A DNA stretch of 64,000 nt, from contig JAOAET010000055.1 of the NCBI GenBank assembly GCA_026416665.1, positions 2,490 to 66,489 of the forward strand, written 5' to 3'. The notes beneath the pieces are model-generated. The model ran no database searches. It was not told the origin of the DNA and was given only the letters and a program-made list of their open reading frames with translations. Made by a program: the position numbers and the translations under genes. Below are positions 38,595 through 47,387 of the stretch, one piece after another. Source of the stretch: Candidatus Omnitrophota bacterium (GTDB lineage: Bacteria > Omnitrophota > Gorgyraeia > Gygaellales > Profunditerraquicolaceae). Within the stretch, counting starts at the first letter, position 1. Each line of letters starts with the position of its first letter.

Positions 38595-41500
38595 ATGCGC
38601 CAAAATTCAAGAGATAAAGAAGTAAGATACAAGTTAACTGAGACGGGAAAATTTATCATAGAAAATTATAATTCTGCAAAACCTTTAGCAAATTTTTTCC
38701 CTGGTATTGCAGGTAAATACGGCATCCCGATGTGGGTTTTTTATGTAAACCGTGGTCAAGGTATAGCTTGTTTTGGAATCGACGGGAAAGACCATGCTAT
38801 TTTAGAGTTTCAACCTGCAAATAAAGCATGGCAACAGACTTCTATTCTTGGCTTTAGAACATTCATAAAATGCCACTCTAACCGCAGATGTTTCTACTAC
38901 GAACCTTTTCACAATGGTCTATCTAATTTAGAATATAAAATTTTCAATTATATATGTATGAGTTCTTATGATCTACAATTAGAAGAGATTAATTATACGA
39001 TTGGTTTGAAAACATCGGTGAAATACTTTACGATTCCTAATGATATTTTTGCTGCATTAGTTCGAGTTGTTACTATAGAGAATATATCTGATAAACCTAT
39101 AGAGCTAGAAATAATAGATGGTTTACCACGAATTGTGCCTTATGGAATTGCCAATCTCTTTTTGAAAAAACTGTCGCGCACTATTGAGGCTTGGATGCAT
39201 GTTGAAAATTTAACCAGATCAATACCTTTCTATAAGATTGATGTGGATCCTATTGATCGCCCTTATGTGTTAAAGATTAAAGGTGGCAATTTCTATATGG
39301 CCTTTAAGGAATGTAACTCAAACTTTCAAATAATTAAACCAATAGTGGATCCTGATATCATTTTCGGGCTAATTAATGACTTTTCGATTCCGCGTTTATT
39401 TCTTTCTTCTGAAAACTTTATTTATCCAAAACAGCAACAAATTCAATGTAAAACACCTTGTGGATTTCTACATACTAATTTTAAACTTGATATTAAAAAT
39501 AAACAAACCTATTTTAGTGTAATCGGTCACTGTAAAGATTTGGATGAACTTAATAAAAAAGTAACTAAAAAAATTCTCACTGTTGGTTACCTTAACGAGA
39601 AGGAAAAAGAAAATGAACAGATAATTAAAGAATTACAAAATGAAATTAAAACTAACTCTAGTTCTTGGGCATTTGACTATTATTGTCAACAGACTTATCT
39701 AGACAATCTTTTGCGTGGCGGTACACCTGTAACATTTTCTTTGGCGCAGAATAAAGCGGTCTTTTATCTTTATTCACGTAAACATGGTGACCTTGAAAGA
39801 GACTACAACAAGTTTCAAATTCAACCAACTTATTTTTCGCAAGGTAATGGTAATTATCGTGATATTAACCAAAATCGTCGAGTTGATGTATGGTTTCATC
39901 CAGAAATAAAGGATTTCAATATCATTGTTTTCTTAAATCTTATACAACTTGATGGCTTTAATCCTTTGGTAGTCAAAGGGGCATCTTTTACTGTTGATGA
40001 TTGGCAAAATTTACAGCTTTCTTTAAATAAGGTGATGAAGGAAGAAGATTGTAAGAGAGTTCTCTCTTTTTTGGAAAAACCGTTTACGCCTGGAAGTTTG
40101 GTTATGTTTGTTAAAGAAATGCAAATAAAAATAAAACTAACCTATGATGAATTAATTGCTTTAGTAATAGGTTATTGTCATCAGAACTTTGAAGCAGAAC
40201 ACGGTGAGGGATTTTGGATAGACCATTGGCATTACAATCTTGATCTTTTGGAAAATTATTTTAATCTTTACCCAGAGGAGCTAAGAAATTTAGTTTTTGA
40301 TAAAAAAGTTTTTACATTCTATGACAACTGGCATGTAGTTGCCCCTAGGAGTAAAAAATATGTATTATATGAAGGTAAATTACGCCAACTAAATTCAGTT
40401 GTGATTGATGAAGAAAAGAAAAAATTAATCATTTCCCGTAAAAGTTTTGTACATTGCGTTCATTCGGAGTTTGGTTTAGGTTCTGTTTATTATACTACAC
40501 TTATAAATAAACTGTTTTGTATCTTAGTAAACAAGTTGGCTAGCTTCGATCCATTTGGAGTGGGTATAGAGATGGAGGCAGATAAACCTAATTGGTTTGA
40601 TGCTTTAAATGGTCTACCTGCTCTATTTGGTTCCTCTAGTTGTGAGACATTTGAATTAAAAAGACTTTGTTTATTTCTAAAAAAATTAATTTTACAAGCT
40701 AAGGTAGAAAAATTCTATCTTTGTTCAGAAATTTATGAATTTCTGATGGCAGTTTCGGAATGCATAAATGAGTACTTCTCAACAGGTGATGTAACGCGTG
40801 ATATGGATTATTGGGATAAAACTTATTGCTTGAAAGAATCTTTCCGTGAAAAAATAAAACTAGGGGTAAGCGGTAATGAAAATGAGTTTACCGCAAAAGA
40901 TGCTTTAGCTATTTTAGAATCCGCCATAAAAAAGATAGATGTCGCTTTAGCCGCCTCAAGGTATCCGAATAAACCGCTGTATTGTGGTTATTTTATTAAT
41001 GAACCCCTGGAGTATCAATCAGAGAAAGGAGTTATTAAACCTAAGCGGTTTAAACAATACCGATTAGCGAATTTCCTTGAAGCACAAGTGCATGCGCTTA
41101 GAGTTATAGATAATCAAAAAGATGCTAAAATAATTTACCAAGCAACTAGAAATAGTTCTCTTTATGATAAGAAATTAAAAATGTATCGAGTAACTGGTTC
41201 GCTAAAGAAAATGCCGCTTGAGATTGGTCGCTGTACTGCATTTACTGCTGGTTGGCTTGAAAATCAGTCTGTTTGGTTACATATGGAATATAAATATTTG
41301 CTAGAAGTTCTTAAGAAAGGTCTTTATAAAGAGTTCTATCAGGATTTAAGAAATTGTTTAGTTTGTTTCCAGGAACCTGAAGTGTATGGACGAAGTATTC
41401 TAGAAAACTCTTCTTTTATTGTTTCCAGTGCTTTTCCCTATCCTAAGCTTCACGGAAACGGTTTTGTTGCAAGACTTTCGGGGTCAACAGCGGAGTTCTT

Positions 41501-41831
41501 AGAAATGTGGTTACGTATGAACGTAGGTAATCAACCTTTCTTTTTAGATGAAAAAGAACAATTAAGTTTTCGCCTTGCTCCTATTTTGGCAGGATGGCTT
41601 TTTTCAAAGGATAAAAAATATTCATTTAAATTTTTGGGGACCATTACCATAACTTATTATAATTCCTCTAGAAAAGATACATTTGGTGGAAAAGCAGTAA
41701 AACCAGTTAAAGTTATTCTGAAAAACCAGCAAACTACTGTTGCAGAATTTAATTCAAATATAGTCCCCGCCCCTTATGCTGAGCAAATTCGTAACCGCCA
41801 AATTACTGATATAGATGTAATCCTTGCTTAG
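38595..41831 (+). CDS. large hypothetical protein (1078 aa); possibly a glycoside hydrolase/phosphorylase-like multidomain protein
   Basis: Long uninterrupted ORF with its own promoter and RBS, no signal peptide, Trp/Tyr-rich. No diagnostic motif could be assigned by eye. Confidence 0.5.
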   Translation: MRQNSRDKEVRYKLTETGKFIIENYNSAKPLANFFPGIAGKYGIPMWVFYVNRGQGIACFGIDGKDHAILEFQPANKAWQQTSILGFRTFIKCHSNRRCFYYEPFHNGLSNLEYKIFNYICMSSYDLQLEEINYTIGLKTSVKYFTIPNDIFAALVRVVTIENISDKPIELEIIDGLPRIVPYGIANLFLKKLSRTIEAWMHVENLTRSIPFYKIDVDPIDRPYVLKIKGGNFYMAFKECNSNFQIIKPIVDPDIIFGLINDFSIPRLFLSSENFIYPKQQQIQCKTPCGFLHTNFKLDIKNKQTYFSVIGHCKDLDELNKKVTKKILTVGYLNEKEKENEQIIKELQNEIKTNSSSWAFDYYCQQTYLDNLLRGGTPVTFSLAQNKAVFYLYSRKHGDLERDYNKFQIQPTYFSQGNGNYRDINQNRRVDVWFHPEIKDFNIIVFLNLIQLDGFNPLVVKGASFTVDDWQNLQLSLNKVMKEEDCKRVLSFLEKPFTPGSLVMFVKEMQIKIKLTYDELIALVIGYCHQNFEAEHGEGFWIDHWHYNLDLLENYFNLYPEELRNLVFDKKVFTFYDNWHVVAPRSKKYVLYEGKLRQLNSVVIDEEKKKLIISRKSFVHCVHSEFGLGSVYYTTLINKLFCILVNKLASFDPFGVGIEMEADKPNWFDALNGLPALFGSSSCETFELKRLCLFLKKLILQAKVEKFYLCSEIYEFLMAVSECINEYFSTGDVTRDMDYWDKTYCLKESFREKIKLGVSGNENEFTAKDALAILESAIKKIDVALAASRYPNKPLYCGYFINEPLEYQSEKGVIKPKRFKQYRLANFLEAQVHALRVIDNQKDAKIIYQATRNSSLYDKKLKMYRVTGSLKKMPLEIGRCTAFTAGWLENQSVWLHMEYKYLLEVLKKGLYKEFYQDLRNCLVCFQEPEVYGRSILENSSFIVSSAFPYPKLHGNGFVARLSGSTAEFLEMWLRMNVGNQPFFLDEKEQLSFRLAPILAGWLFSKDKKYSFKFLGTITITYYNSSRKDTFGGKAVKPVKVILKNQQTTVAEFNSNIVPAPYAEQIRNRQITDIDVILA

Positions 41832-41888
41832 TTTTTATAAATATTGTGTTTTTTAAAAAAACAAAGTTGGCTATTTATAAAATTTTTC

Positions 41889-41916
41889 TTGAAAAGATCA
41901 GATTCTGTGTTATACT
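41889..41916 (+). promoter_or_regulatory. candidate promoter (TTGAAA-16-TATACT) driving the riboswitch leader
   Basis: -35 at 41889-41894, -10 at 41911-41916, about 40 nt upstream of the GEMM-like element. Confidence 0.3.
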
Positions 41917-41959
41917 TTTTTTTGGAAATAAGAAATCTTTGAAATCTAGGTAGTCCTAC

Positions 41960-42050
41960 TGATAAAGGCAAACTAGCAGAAATGCTAGGGCGCAAAGCGA
42001 CAGACCCGCTTACTTAAATGGGTGGCTGCGCTGCCAAAGGGGAAGATGTA
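41960..42050 (+). ncRNA. candidate c-di-GMP-I (GEMM) riboswitch aptamer
   Basis: GGCAAAC-[CUAGC AGAAAU GCUAG hairpin]-GGGCGCAAAGCG matches the GEMM-I core; compare Vc2 GGGCAAACC-[hairpin with GAAA]-GGGACGCAAAGCC. A second hairpin CAGACCC...GGGUGGCUG follows. It is a GC-rich island in AT-rich intergenic DNA. Confidence 0.5.
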
Positions 42051-42057
42051 CTAAAAA

Positions 42058-42086
42058 CCCTAAAGAAAGCCTTTAGGGTTTTTTTG
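42058..42086 (+). terminator. intrinsic terminator; candidate riboswitch expression platform
   Basis: CCCUAAAG-AAAGC-CUUUAGGG hairpin followed by UUUUUUU. Confidence 0.55.
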
Positions 42087-42089
42087 TTG

Positions 42090-42186
42090 CCCTAGCTTAG
42101 GTTTGCCCGCCTGCCGCGTAGGCGGTCTGCCAATTTTTTGGTTGCGTTTAATGCGGCAGGTCGAAAAGTAGGCTAGGGTTTTTTAA
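42090..42186 (+). promoter_or_regulatory. long GC-rich imperfect hairpin ending in a U-tract (second terminator or attenuator) just before the RBS
   Basis: CCCUAGC...CCUGCCGC[loop]GCGGCAGG...GCUAGGG then UUUUUUAA; RBS AAGGAGGAG at 42201. Confidence 0.4.
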
Positions 42187-42215
42187 TTTATCTTATGATT
42201 AAGGAGGAGACGGTT

Positions 42216-42479
42216 ATGGGTGAGTATACAAATGAAAAAAGCCAAAGGGTAGTTACGTTTCTTACGCGTGAAGAAGTAGATTTTCTTGATAAATTAGGAA
42301 AAGATGCACTTTTTAGTTCAGGTACTAAACTTTCACGGGCAAAACTTATTGCTTGGATAGTGGATATTCTTCGTGGTCTAAAAATTAACGGAGAGAATCT
42401 AAAAGAACCTAAAGACCTTGAGCAGAGAATTATTAAGAGTTTAAAGCTGTTGGAGAATAATTCTTTACAGCCAGAGTAA
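42216..42479 (+). CDS. small ribbon-helix-helix-like putative regulator
   Basis: Strong RBS AAGGAGG 8 nt upstream. The ORF-track start at 42195 would put the RBS inside the gene. RVVTFL beta-strand then two helices (REEVDFLDKL; SRAKLIAWIVDIL). Confidence 0.45.
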   Translation: MGEYTNEKSQRVVTFLTREEVDFLDKLGKDALFSSGTKLSRAKLIAWIVDILRGLKINGENLKEPKDLEQRIIKSLKLLENNSLQPE

Positions 42480-42556
42480 ACAAGGATGCTACACATATAA
42501 ATGAGTAAAGCCCGGAGGGAAAAACCCACCAGCCACGGAAGGACAAAGGGATATTT

Positions 42557-42874
42557 ATGGATAGAGCGGGAAGAAAAACAATAATTTTGATGTGTATGAT
42601 TATATTTGGCTATGGAAGCATATGTTTTTCAAATGATAGTGTGCGGATAAAAATTTCCTGCTCTATCCCTGCTATCCCAGGGGTGAATGCTCCACCACAA
42701 GAGTCTTCTTCACAGTTTTCGGTTGTTGCTATTGATCCTAAGAATAGATTAGACGAAGAACCACGGCTTGATGACCCTACTTCATCCCAGAAATCTGATC
42801 AAATTCAAGAGGAAAAACAAGAAATAAGTAAAGGAGGTGTAATTGTTTTGGTTAAATCAGTTTATAGTAAATAA
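42557..42874 (+). CDS. small secreted hypothetical protein
   Basis: 105 aa; N-terminal signal peptide (IILMCMIIFGYGSICFS), Pro/Ser/Glu-rich mature region. Confidence 0.4.
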   Translation: MDRAGRKTIILMCMIIFGYGSICFSNDSVRIKISCSIPAIPGVNAPPQESSSQFSVVAIDPKNRLDEEPRLDDPTSSQKSDQIQEEKQEISKGGVIVLVKSVYSK

Positions 42875-42910
42875 ATAAAAAATAGTTATTAGGGATTGGT
42901 TCTTAATCGG

Positions 42911-42945
42911 CTCTTTTAAAGAGCCTTTTCTTTTACTTTTTTAAC
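42911..42945 (+). terminator. intrinsic terminator for the plus-strand small genes, overlapping the stop codon of the convergent usher-like gene
   Basis: GGCUCUUU-UAA-AGAGCC hairpin followed by UUUUCUUUUACUUUUUU. Confidence 0.35.
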
Positions 42946-45813
42946 TGGGATATTATAGACAATGGTTGAGCCTTCTTCAAGTGTAATATCCTTGTAAATA
43001 CTAACTTCCGGGAGGTATTCAGTGGGAAGACTTGAAAGATCAAGTGTTAAACGGTAAAAACCTGCTTTAATTTTATTAAATAGATACAAACCACTACTAT
43101 CTGTTACTGCTTGAATATCAGGGGTAATGAATATCCTAACTTTAGATAAGGGTATATCAACACTGCCAAATTTTCCATCTTCGTCCACATCCTCAAAAAC
43201 TATACCGCGTATTTCTGTTTTTATAGCTAATCCAAAATCAACACGGCTGACTTGTGATTGAAAGACAGTTACTTCTTGTTTCTCAGGAGTAGTTAATACG
43301 TAGTTAGTAGGAATAGAAGCTGGATCAATACTTACTAGTATACTTTTCCCTTTTACTTTAGGAAATAGGAAATAACCATTTTTGTTGGAAATACGTGTTT
43401 GGCTAATGGACGTGATTATTACTATATCGCTAATAGGCGGGTCCTCTATATCTCTTATGCCATCAGCATCTATATCTTTAAAGACATATCCCTCAATCAT
43501 CCCAACAGGAAGCCATTTGAACCCTGTATCCCAGAGATACCTTACTCCTGCGCGGATGTCCCATTCTGCCCATTTAGTTTTATTTTTATCTTCAGGCCAA
43601 ATCCAACGCAAACGACTGGATAAATATGTCTGTAGTTCATCTTTTATGCTGTAAGATAATTCTTGATACCACTCCAGATAATCTTGCCCTGCAAGAAGAC
43701 ATATTGGAGAGGATGTCTTTTCTTCATTACGATAAACTAGGCGCTCTGTTAAGAAAAATGGTGTAGTTTTAAGTTGGCTATTAAAATCAAAACCAGTTTC
43801 AATTGCCCAAGGTTGTGCCTGTTCATCAGAATAGATACGTTTTGTCCAATTGGTTTCGTGGCTTAAGAAATAATATAATTGACCAATTAAACCGATTCTA
43901 AAACCCGTAAGTAACTTATGATTATAGTAATCAATTTCAGAAGAATTTTTATAAGAATAATTTTGGTAGCGATAGGTAAAATAAGTATTTAAGCGTTGTA
44001 TACTTTTAGAAATGTGGTATAAACCAACCCCTATGTTATGAGCAACCAAAGCAGTTAAACGGCCTGGGTTATTCAAAAAGGTATAATCAACCCTTGCGCG
44101 AGTTTGTGAGTTTAAATATGTTGTAACATCTATAAAAAAATCTTGATTATATTTAGAAGTTTTAGAAGGATTTGGGTAGCGGCGATCGCGAAAGATATCA
44201 AGACTTGTTTGTATATCTAACCAACTTACTGGGTTTAAGCTTAAGGTGCTAAGTATCCCCAGTTCACCTGCTCTCCAACCCAAACCTGTAAGAGAAAAAA
44301 ATGAAGTAGAAATATTGCGTATTTGATTGTGGAGTTTAAAATAGTTAGCTGTTAGTCCGAAATCAATTAGATTAGCAAAATGTTTACTATCAAAAGCAGA
44401 TTCCCAGATTAATTGTTTTCTTTGATGTTCAAATTGAAATTTAACATCATAAGTGTTTTTAGGTAAATTTTTGTCTCTGTCTTTTCCATATCCAAAGAAA
44501 CTTGAAAATTCGTATCTTTGTCCCAATACAGGATTAAAACTAAAATTAATGCCAGATAAATAAATATTTCGTTCTTGGTTATACTGCGGTAAAACAAATG
44601 AACTCCATAAGCCACTTGCGCGTTCTTGTCCCCAAAAGATATTGTAGTCAAACATATTCTTTTTAACTGGTGAATAAAACTGAAATCCACGAAGATATGC
44701 ACCACCAAAAGAAAGATTAGAAAGAGTGGGAGTAAAATCCACAGCACGTAAAGAAAAACCACGAAACTTTTGCCATATACCATTGTCTAACGCTATACTT
44801 AATGACCAAGGATTCTCTAACGAATTTTCCATTTGCTGTAAAATAAACTTACTCGAAAATAAACCGTAAGGAGTTTCACCACTTATTGATAAGTTATGTG
44901 TATAGAGATAGTAAGAGCGTTCCAGATTGCTTAGATTTTTTCCGTCATAGTAAGAAAGCCAATCGACGTTATATTCAATTTTAAAATTACGCATCTTTTC
45001 TTGCTTTTGTGCAATTTCTTCAGCATATGTAGGTTCTGTTGGTTTAGGTGGAATAACATAAATCTTAATAGTATAGCGATTGGTTTGGTCCCAAATATGT
45101 AAAACAGTAGAGCCATATTCTTTAGCAAATAAAGAAATTTGATTATTGTTGATACGCTTTATTAATATTATATTTGGATTTAACAAAAGAAACCTTTGTA
45201 TTTCATCTACTTCTACAATTGCGGTTTTGCCTCTTTCCAGTTGAATTTCTTCATCTTTTAAGCTAAAATTTATTTTTTTAGTAATTCCCTCTTGATTATT
45301 TGTTTCTACCTTTTGAGGGAATTCTTTATCTATGGATTTGTCTTTTTGGTTTTTTGAGGGAGAAATTTTTTGAGAAGAAACTCTTTGAGAAGAAACTGTA
45401 TCTTGTTTAAAGTTATATTCTGAATTGACTTCTAATTGCCCTAAGCCAGTTATTCTGTTAGATAGTTTTTGAGTGTTCGAAAAGTTGTTAAGTGGAACAG
45501 TATCTTCTGGGTAAAAAGCTTTTATGGGTTCTTCTGAATTATTAGAAAATATAAAAGATTTTTGTTTTGTAGTTAAATAATTAATATATTCTTTTGCAGG
45601 TGTAAAATCCGGATTTGCCAGAAGTGCCTTTTTAAATTCCTGCAAAGCCAAGTCATAACGGCCAGCATTATAATACTTAATTCCTGCTTCAAAAAAAAAT
45701 TCACAGGCAAGGTACGAAGCATATATCGGGGGTATTTGAATTAAAAAGACTCCTATGCTAATAAAAAGATATGTAAATATACGAAAGTAACTTATTAATT
45801 TGATGCCTGCCAT
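42916..45813 (-). CDS. outer-membrane usher-like protein: signal peptide, TPR motif, beta-barrel region, two C-terminal Cna-B/SdrD-B-like domains
   Basis: 965 aa. N-terminal TPR-like YYNAGRYDLALQEFKKALLANPDF. Central ~550 aa with alternating aromatic/polar beta-strand pattern. C-terminal GYVFKDIDADGIRD...NKNGYFLF and GIVFEDVDEDGKFG...DSSGLYLFNKIKAGFYRL repeats. Confidence 0.55.
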   Translation of the reverse strand: MAGIKLISYFRIFTYLFISIGVFLIQIPPIYASYLACEFFFEAGIKYYNAGRYDLALQEFKKALLANPDFTPAKEYINYLTTKQKSFIFSNNSEEPIKAFYPEDTVPLNNFSNTQKLSNRITGLGQLEVNSEYNFKQDTVSSQRVSSQKISPSKNQKDKSIDKEFPQKVETNNQEGITKKINFSLKDEEIQLERGKTAIVEVDEIQRFLLLNPNIILIKRINNNQISLFAKEYGSTVLHIWDQTNRYTIKIYVIPPKPTEPTYAEEIAQKQEKMRNFKIEYNVDWLSYYDGKNLSNLERSYYLYTHNLSISGETPYGLFSSKFILQQMENSLENPWSLSIALDNGIWQKFRGFSLRAVDFTPTLSNLSFGGAYLRGFQFYSPVKKNMFDYNIFWGQERASGLWSSFVLPQYNQERNIYLSGINFSFNPVLGQRYEFSSFFGYGKDRDKNLPKNTYDVKFQFEHQRKQLIWESAFDSKHFANLIDFGLTANYFKLHNQIRNISTSFFSLTGLGWRAGELGILSTLSLNPVSWLDIQTSLDIFRDRRYPNPSKTSKYNQDFFIDVTTYLNSQTRARVDYTFLNNPGRLTALVAHNIGVGLYHISKSIQRLNTYFTYRYQNYSYKNSSEIDYYNHKLLTGFRIGLIGQLYYFLSHETNWTKRIYSDEQAQPWAIETGFDFNSQLKTTPFFLTERLVYRNEEKTSSPICLLAGQDYLEWYQELSYSIKDELQTYLSSRLRWIWPEDKNKTKWAEWDIRAGVRYLWDTGFKWLPVGMIEGYVFKDIDADGIRDIEDPPISDIVIITSISQTRISNKNGYFLFPKVKGKSILVSIDPASIPTNYVLTTPEKQEVTVFQSQVSRVDFGLAIKTEIRGIVFEDVDEDGKFGSVDIPLSKVRIFITPDIQAVTDSSGLYLFNKIKAGFYRLTLDLSSLPTEYLPEVSIYKDITLEEGSTIVYNIPVKKVKEKAL

Positions 45814-46679
45814 GAAATTAAATTCCCCTTATCATCAATTTCTATAGCAATTTCTTTCACAATTATTGGACCTCCTTTGAATCCAGTCTCTTCTTGTGAT
45901 TTCCCTGCATCAAATGTCATTACAATGTCATATATTCCTTTTAATAATTTTTGATGACATATTGCCTCAATTAAGTGACTATCTCCAGGTAAAGTATATA
46001 CCCGATTGAATTCTCCTCTACAGAAAACCATCCCTTGTTTATCCAAAATATGAAATTGACCATCTAATGTTATATCTTGATTACCAATATTATGTATTAT
46101 ACCTGTTAACTTTAAAGCTAAAGATTCTTTATCTTGTAATATTGATAAAGAATTGAAGGTTATATCACGTTTCAATGGTTCAACATCAATATAGAAAAGT
46201 GAACCTATGCGTAATTTAATATTCATTTCTGTACCTTGACGAGATTGGTTACCTATATCTGTTTCAAAGAAAAGAACAGTGACATAAGTTCCCTCAGCTT
46301 GAGAGGGGACCTTTATGGTATACTTTACTTTTTGTTTACTTATAGCAGGCAAGATAAATTCATTAGGGAAAAAACTAATCCATCGCGATGCAGAACGTGG
46401 CAATGTTCCAGAAGGGTAAAAATCTTTTGCTCCATCATGTGAACTAGTATATATCCAGTCTTGAGCATAGACCTTAACGAGAATATCCTGATTAGTGGGA
46501 TTCTCTACTTCAATGGTACTACTTTTTGTTTCATTGGGTTTAAGTAATAAACGAATCTTTGTATGGTCAAGATTAAGACTAGCTGGAAAAATACAAGATA
46601 TAAAAAAGGGATTAAAAAAGATTAAACAAACTACACAAAAAATTTTTATATAATTTTGATAAGAATTGCCTTTGTGCAT
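45795..46679 (-). CDS. PapD-like periplasmic pilus chaperone
   Basis: Signal peptide. LDHTKIRLL...SSTIEVENPTNQDILVKVYAQDWI aligns with PapD LDRTRAVF...SMTLDISNDNKQLPYLAQAWI. MNIKLRIGSLFYIDV matches the chaperone IKLFYRP motif. Confidence 0.6.
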   Translation of the reverse strand: MHKGNSYQNYIKIFCVVCLIFFNPFFISCIFPASLNLDHTKIRLLLKPNETKSSTIEVENPTNQDILVKVYAQDWIYTSSHDGAKDFYPSGTLPRSASRWISFFPNEFILPAISKQKVKYTIKVPSQAEGTYVTVLFFETDIGNQSRQGTEMNIKLRIGSLFYIDVEPLKRDITFNSLSILQDKESLALKLTGIIHNIGNQDITLDGQFHILDKQGMVFCRGEFNRVYTLPGDSHLIEAICHQKLLKGIYDIVMTFDAGKSQEETGFKGGPIIVKEIAIEIDDKGNLISWQASN

Positions 46680-46749
46680 AATCTTTTATTCAATAGTTTT
46701 TTATTTTTTATAAGGCGCCCCTGTTTATTAAACAAGAGCGCCTTTATTT

Positions 46750-47343
46750 TTATTGCGGAGTTAGAGTTAAATAAACTGAACCGCTATAATTTCCGGGAGT
46801 TTTATTTTGTGAAATTGGCGTTACTCCACTGTTATCTCCACTTCCGGTAGCAATACCATAGTATATTCTTAACCAGCCATTTTGTAAGTCGTTTTTTGTA
46901 TAGTATTTTCCATTACTGTTGGCATAACTGACATAGCCATTAGTCAAGTTTGCGGCAGAAGTGTTAGTAATTTGACGAACAAAAGATACATTGATGTGAT
47001 TATCCAAATTACTGCCACCTGGTCCGGTTACTGATTCAGCATTGTGGGTTACAGTCCAGTTTGCTGCATTTGTGTTTATTCCAACATCAACGAAGAAATA
47101 ATATAGTGAACGAAATATACGGTAAGTATTATCCAATTGTAATTGCCCAAAGTTGATTTCACTTGCAGGTTCATATACTGAGGGATTGCCTACCGTTACG
47201 CGAGTAATAGCCGCTGTAATACTAGAAACATTGCCTATAGTAGCACGAACAGGGATATTTGCGGTTCGAATTTGGGCATAGACAGCTGCGGTTACACTCA
47301 TGGTCAGGATAAGACACAGCATTTTGGTTATAATTTTTTTCAT
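46750..47343 (-). CDS. secreted pilin-like subunit (Csu/spore-coat-protein-U-like)
   Basis: 197 aa; signal peptide, Ser/Thr/Asn/Gly-rich beta-rich sequence, C-terminal GNYSGSVYLTLTPQ resembling the SCPU-domain terminal strand. Confidence 0.45.
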   Translation of the reverse strand: MKKIITKMLCLILTMSVTAAVYAQIRTANIPVRATIGNVSSITAAITRVTVGNPSVYEPASEINFGQLQLDNTYRIFRSLYYFFVDVGINTNAANWTVTHNAESVTGPGGSNLDNHINVSFVRQITNTSAANLTNGYVSYANSNGKYYTKNDLQNGWLRIYYGIATGSGDNSGVTPISQNKTPGNYSGSVYLTLTPQ

Positions 47344-47387
47344 AATTTTTCACCCCCTTTCTTTGCTGATGTCCACACTTTTTTGGT

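Noticed and set aside
41960-42010. tmRNA-like tag frame (GCAAAC UAG...) in the GC-rich intergenic element
   Set aside because: There is no tRNA-like domain (no TTCGA T-arm or acceptor with CCA) and no pseudoknot-rich body. The conserved positions fit a GEMM-I riboswitch much better.
42188-42529. 113-aa minus-strand ORF antisense to the RHH-like gene
   Set aside because: The plus-strand ORF has a near-consensus AAGGAGG RBS and sits directly downstream of the riboswitch/terminator leader. The antisense ORF is Ser/Arg-rich low complexity.
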